Virus record (IMG/VR): IMGVR_UViG_2695420456_000022
Strand: one strand, 5' to 3'
Length of the DNA: 7,100 bases
Source: a virus
Lineage: Duplodnaviria; Heunggongvirae; Uroviricota; Caudoviricetes
The notes under the pieces are model-generated. The model searched no databases and was not told the DNA's origin. It saw only the letters and a list, made by a program, of their open reading frames with translations. The position numbers and the translations under genes were made by a program. Position 1 is the first letter of the stretch. Every line of letters begins with the position of its first letter. Positions 6,216 to 7,100 of the stretch are shown here, in pieces.

Positions 6216-7100
6216 TTAATCGTCGTCCTGTGGCAGTTCCAGAATCTTGATCGCGTTCGAATCCACCACGCCACCGCCTAAATATTTCTGCGCGAAAATT
6301 TTGATGAAGCCCGGCTCTGTGAGGTTGTCCGGTCTGGTGCGAACACCTGTTTCGTGATCAACAATGTAGTAACCGCGTTTGAAGTCACCCAGGGCAATAA
6401 CGTTATCCGGCATAAACTCCAGATATTCGACCGGAAGGCCCAGCAACGTATCAGGATCACCCGCCTGTAAACGGTCACGCCAGATGTAATCACCGTTCGC
6501 GTTCTTCACCTTCTGGAGTTTTGCCGCCGTCGTGGAGTTAACCACCCAGACCGCGTTTTTGCGGTATTTTTTACGTAATGCAAATTTCAGGTCGATCAGC
6601 GGGTCCGCAGATGTCCACGCCAGAGATTCGGAAGGTTTAATTACCTGCAACGTACCAAAATCACGCTCTTTGTCGTTCTTCTCTGCACGGGGTACGGATA
6701 AAAAGCCTTTTGCTTTTTTGTCACCGTCGCCCACAACCAGATCGCTTTCTTCGGTTTCCGTGAAGGTGTCGCCAATCTCGCCCGTCAGCCATGAAAGGAT
6801 GTCCACATCGGAAAAATCCACGATTTCCTGCGTGGTGCGCGGGTACGCATAGACCGGATACAGCTTAATGCTCACCTCGTTAATCTGCGGGGTGCTGGTC
6901 TGTTCGCGTGCCTTACCCTCTTCACCGTGGTTAACGGTCGCACCGCCAGCGGAAACAAGCTGCTTAAACTCGTTGCTGCTGATTTTCTTCGTAAGCGTCG
7001 TCTCAGCACCGTCTGGCAGATCCTGAAATTCCTGAGAGAATAGTGGACACCAAATATGGTGGACGCTATCCATGAAATCATTAACCGCAGTGCGTAAAAA
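6216..7100 (-). CDS. HK97-fold major capsid protein, 5'-partial (reading frame stays open to the window edge at 7100; the ATG at 7073 is probably internal)
   Basis: The C-terminal half (LLGLPVEYLEFMPDNVIALGDFKRGYYIVDHETGVRTRPDNLTEPGFIKIFAQKYLGGGVVDSNAIKIL) matches the conserved pattern I associate with HK97-family capsid proteins (L.G.PV...MP....GDF...Y.I.D..G..........F.......GG.V.D..A.K.L). There is no in-frame stop between 7073 and 7100 and no Shine-Dalgarno before the 7073 ATG. It sits next to protease and portal genes. Confidence 0.8.
   Translation of the reverse strand, partial: FLRTAVNDFMDSVHHIWCPLFSQEFQDLPDGAETTLTKKISSNEFKQLVSAGGATVNHGEEGKAREQTSTPQINEVSIKLYPVYAYPRTTQEIVDFSDVDILSWLTGEIGDTFTETEESDLVVGDGDKKAKGFLSVPRAEKNDKERDFGTLQVIKPSESLAWTSADPLIDLKFALRKKYRKNAVWVVNSTTAAKLQKVKNANGDYIWRDRLQAGDPDTLLGLPVEYLEFMPDNVIALGDFKRGYYIVDHETGVRTRPDNLTEPGFIKIFAQKYLGGGVVDSNAIKILELPQDDD

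Noticed and set aside
7071-7073. ATG at 7073 as the capsid start codon
   Set aside because: The frame stays open upstream to the window edge (…FLRTAVNDF-M…) and there is no SD before this ATG. The true start probably lies beyond 7100, though a short 285-aa capsid protein cannot be fully excluded.
6872-7081. Minus-strand 69-aa ORF overlapping the capsid gene in another frame (also 6278..6493, 5615..5821 and plus-strand 5285..5485, 5430..5618, 5664..5909, 5764..6051, 6532..6852)
   Set aside because: Nested within capsid, protease or portal genes in alternative frames; no independent support.

Overview
This window is the head and DNA-packaging module of an HK97-like temperate element, with every well-supported gene on the minus strand in one tightly coupled operon. 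Reading 5'->3' on the minus strand: major capsid protein (N-terminus beyond the right edge) -> prohead protease -> portal -> head-closure/adaptor -> gp6-like head-tail connector -> HNH endonuclease -> small overlapping ORF and GC-rich gap -> small terminase -> large terminase (TTG start) -> 93-aa unknown ORF. The leftmost ~730 bp has no convincing ORF and is dense with palindromes plus a phased 27-bp triple repeat. Two things stand out. First, the module order is inverted relative to canonical HK97-like phages and no tail genes follow the connector genes, which fits a capsid-forming phage satellite (cf-PICI-like) better than a complete prophage; this is inference. Second, the repeat-rich left region may be a packaging (cos-like) site, an operator cluster or the element boundary. 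Protein family calls rest on motifs I recognise by eye; no database search was run.
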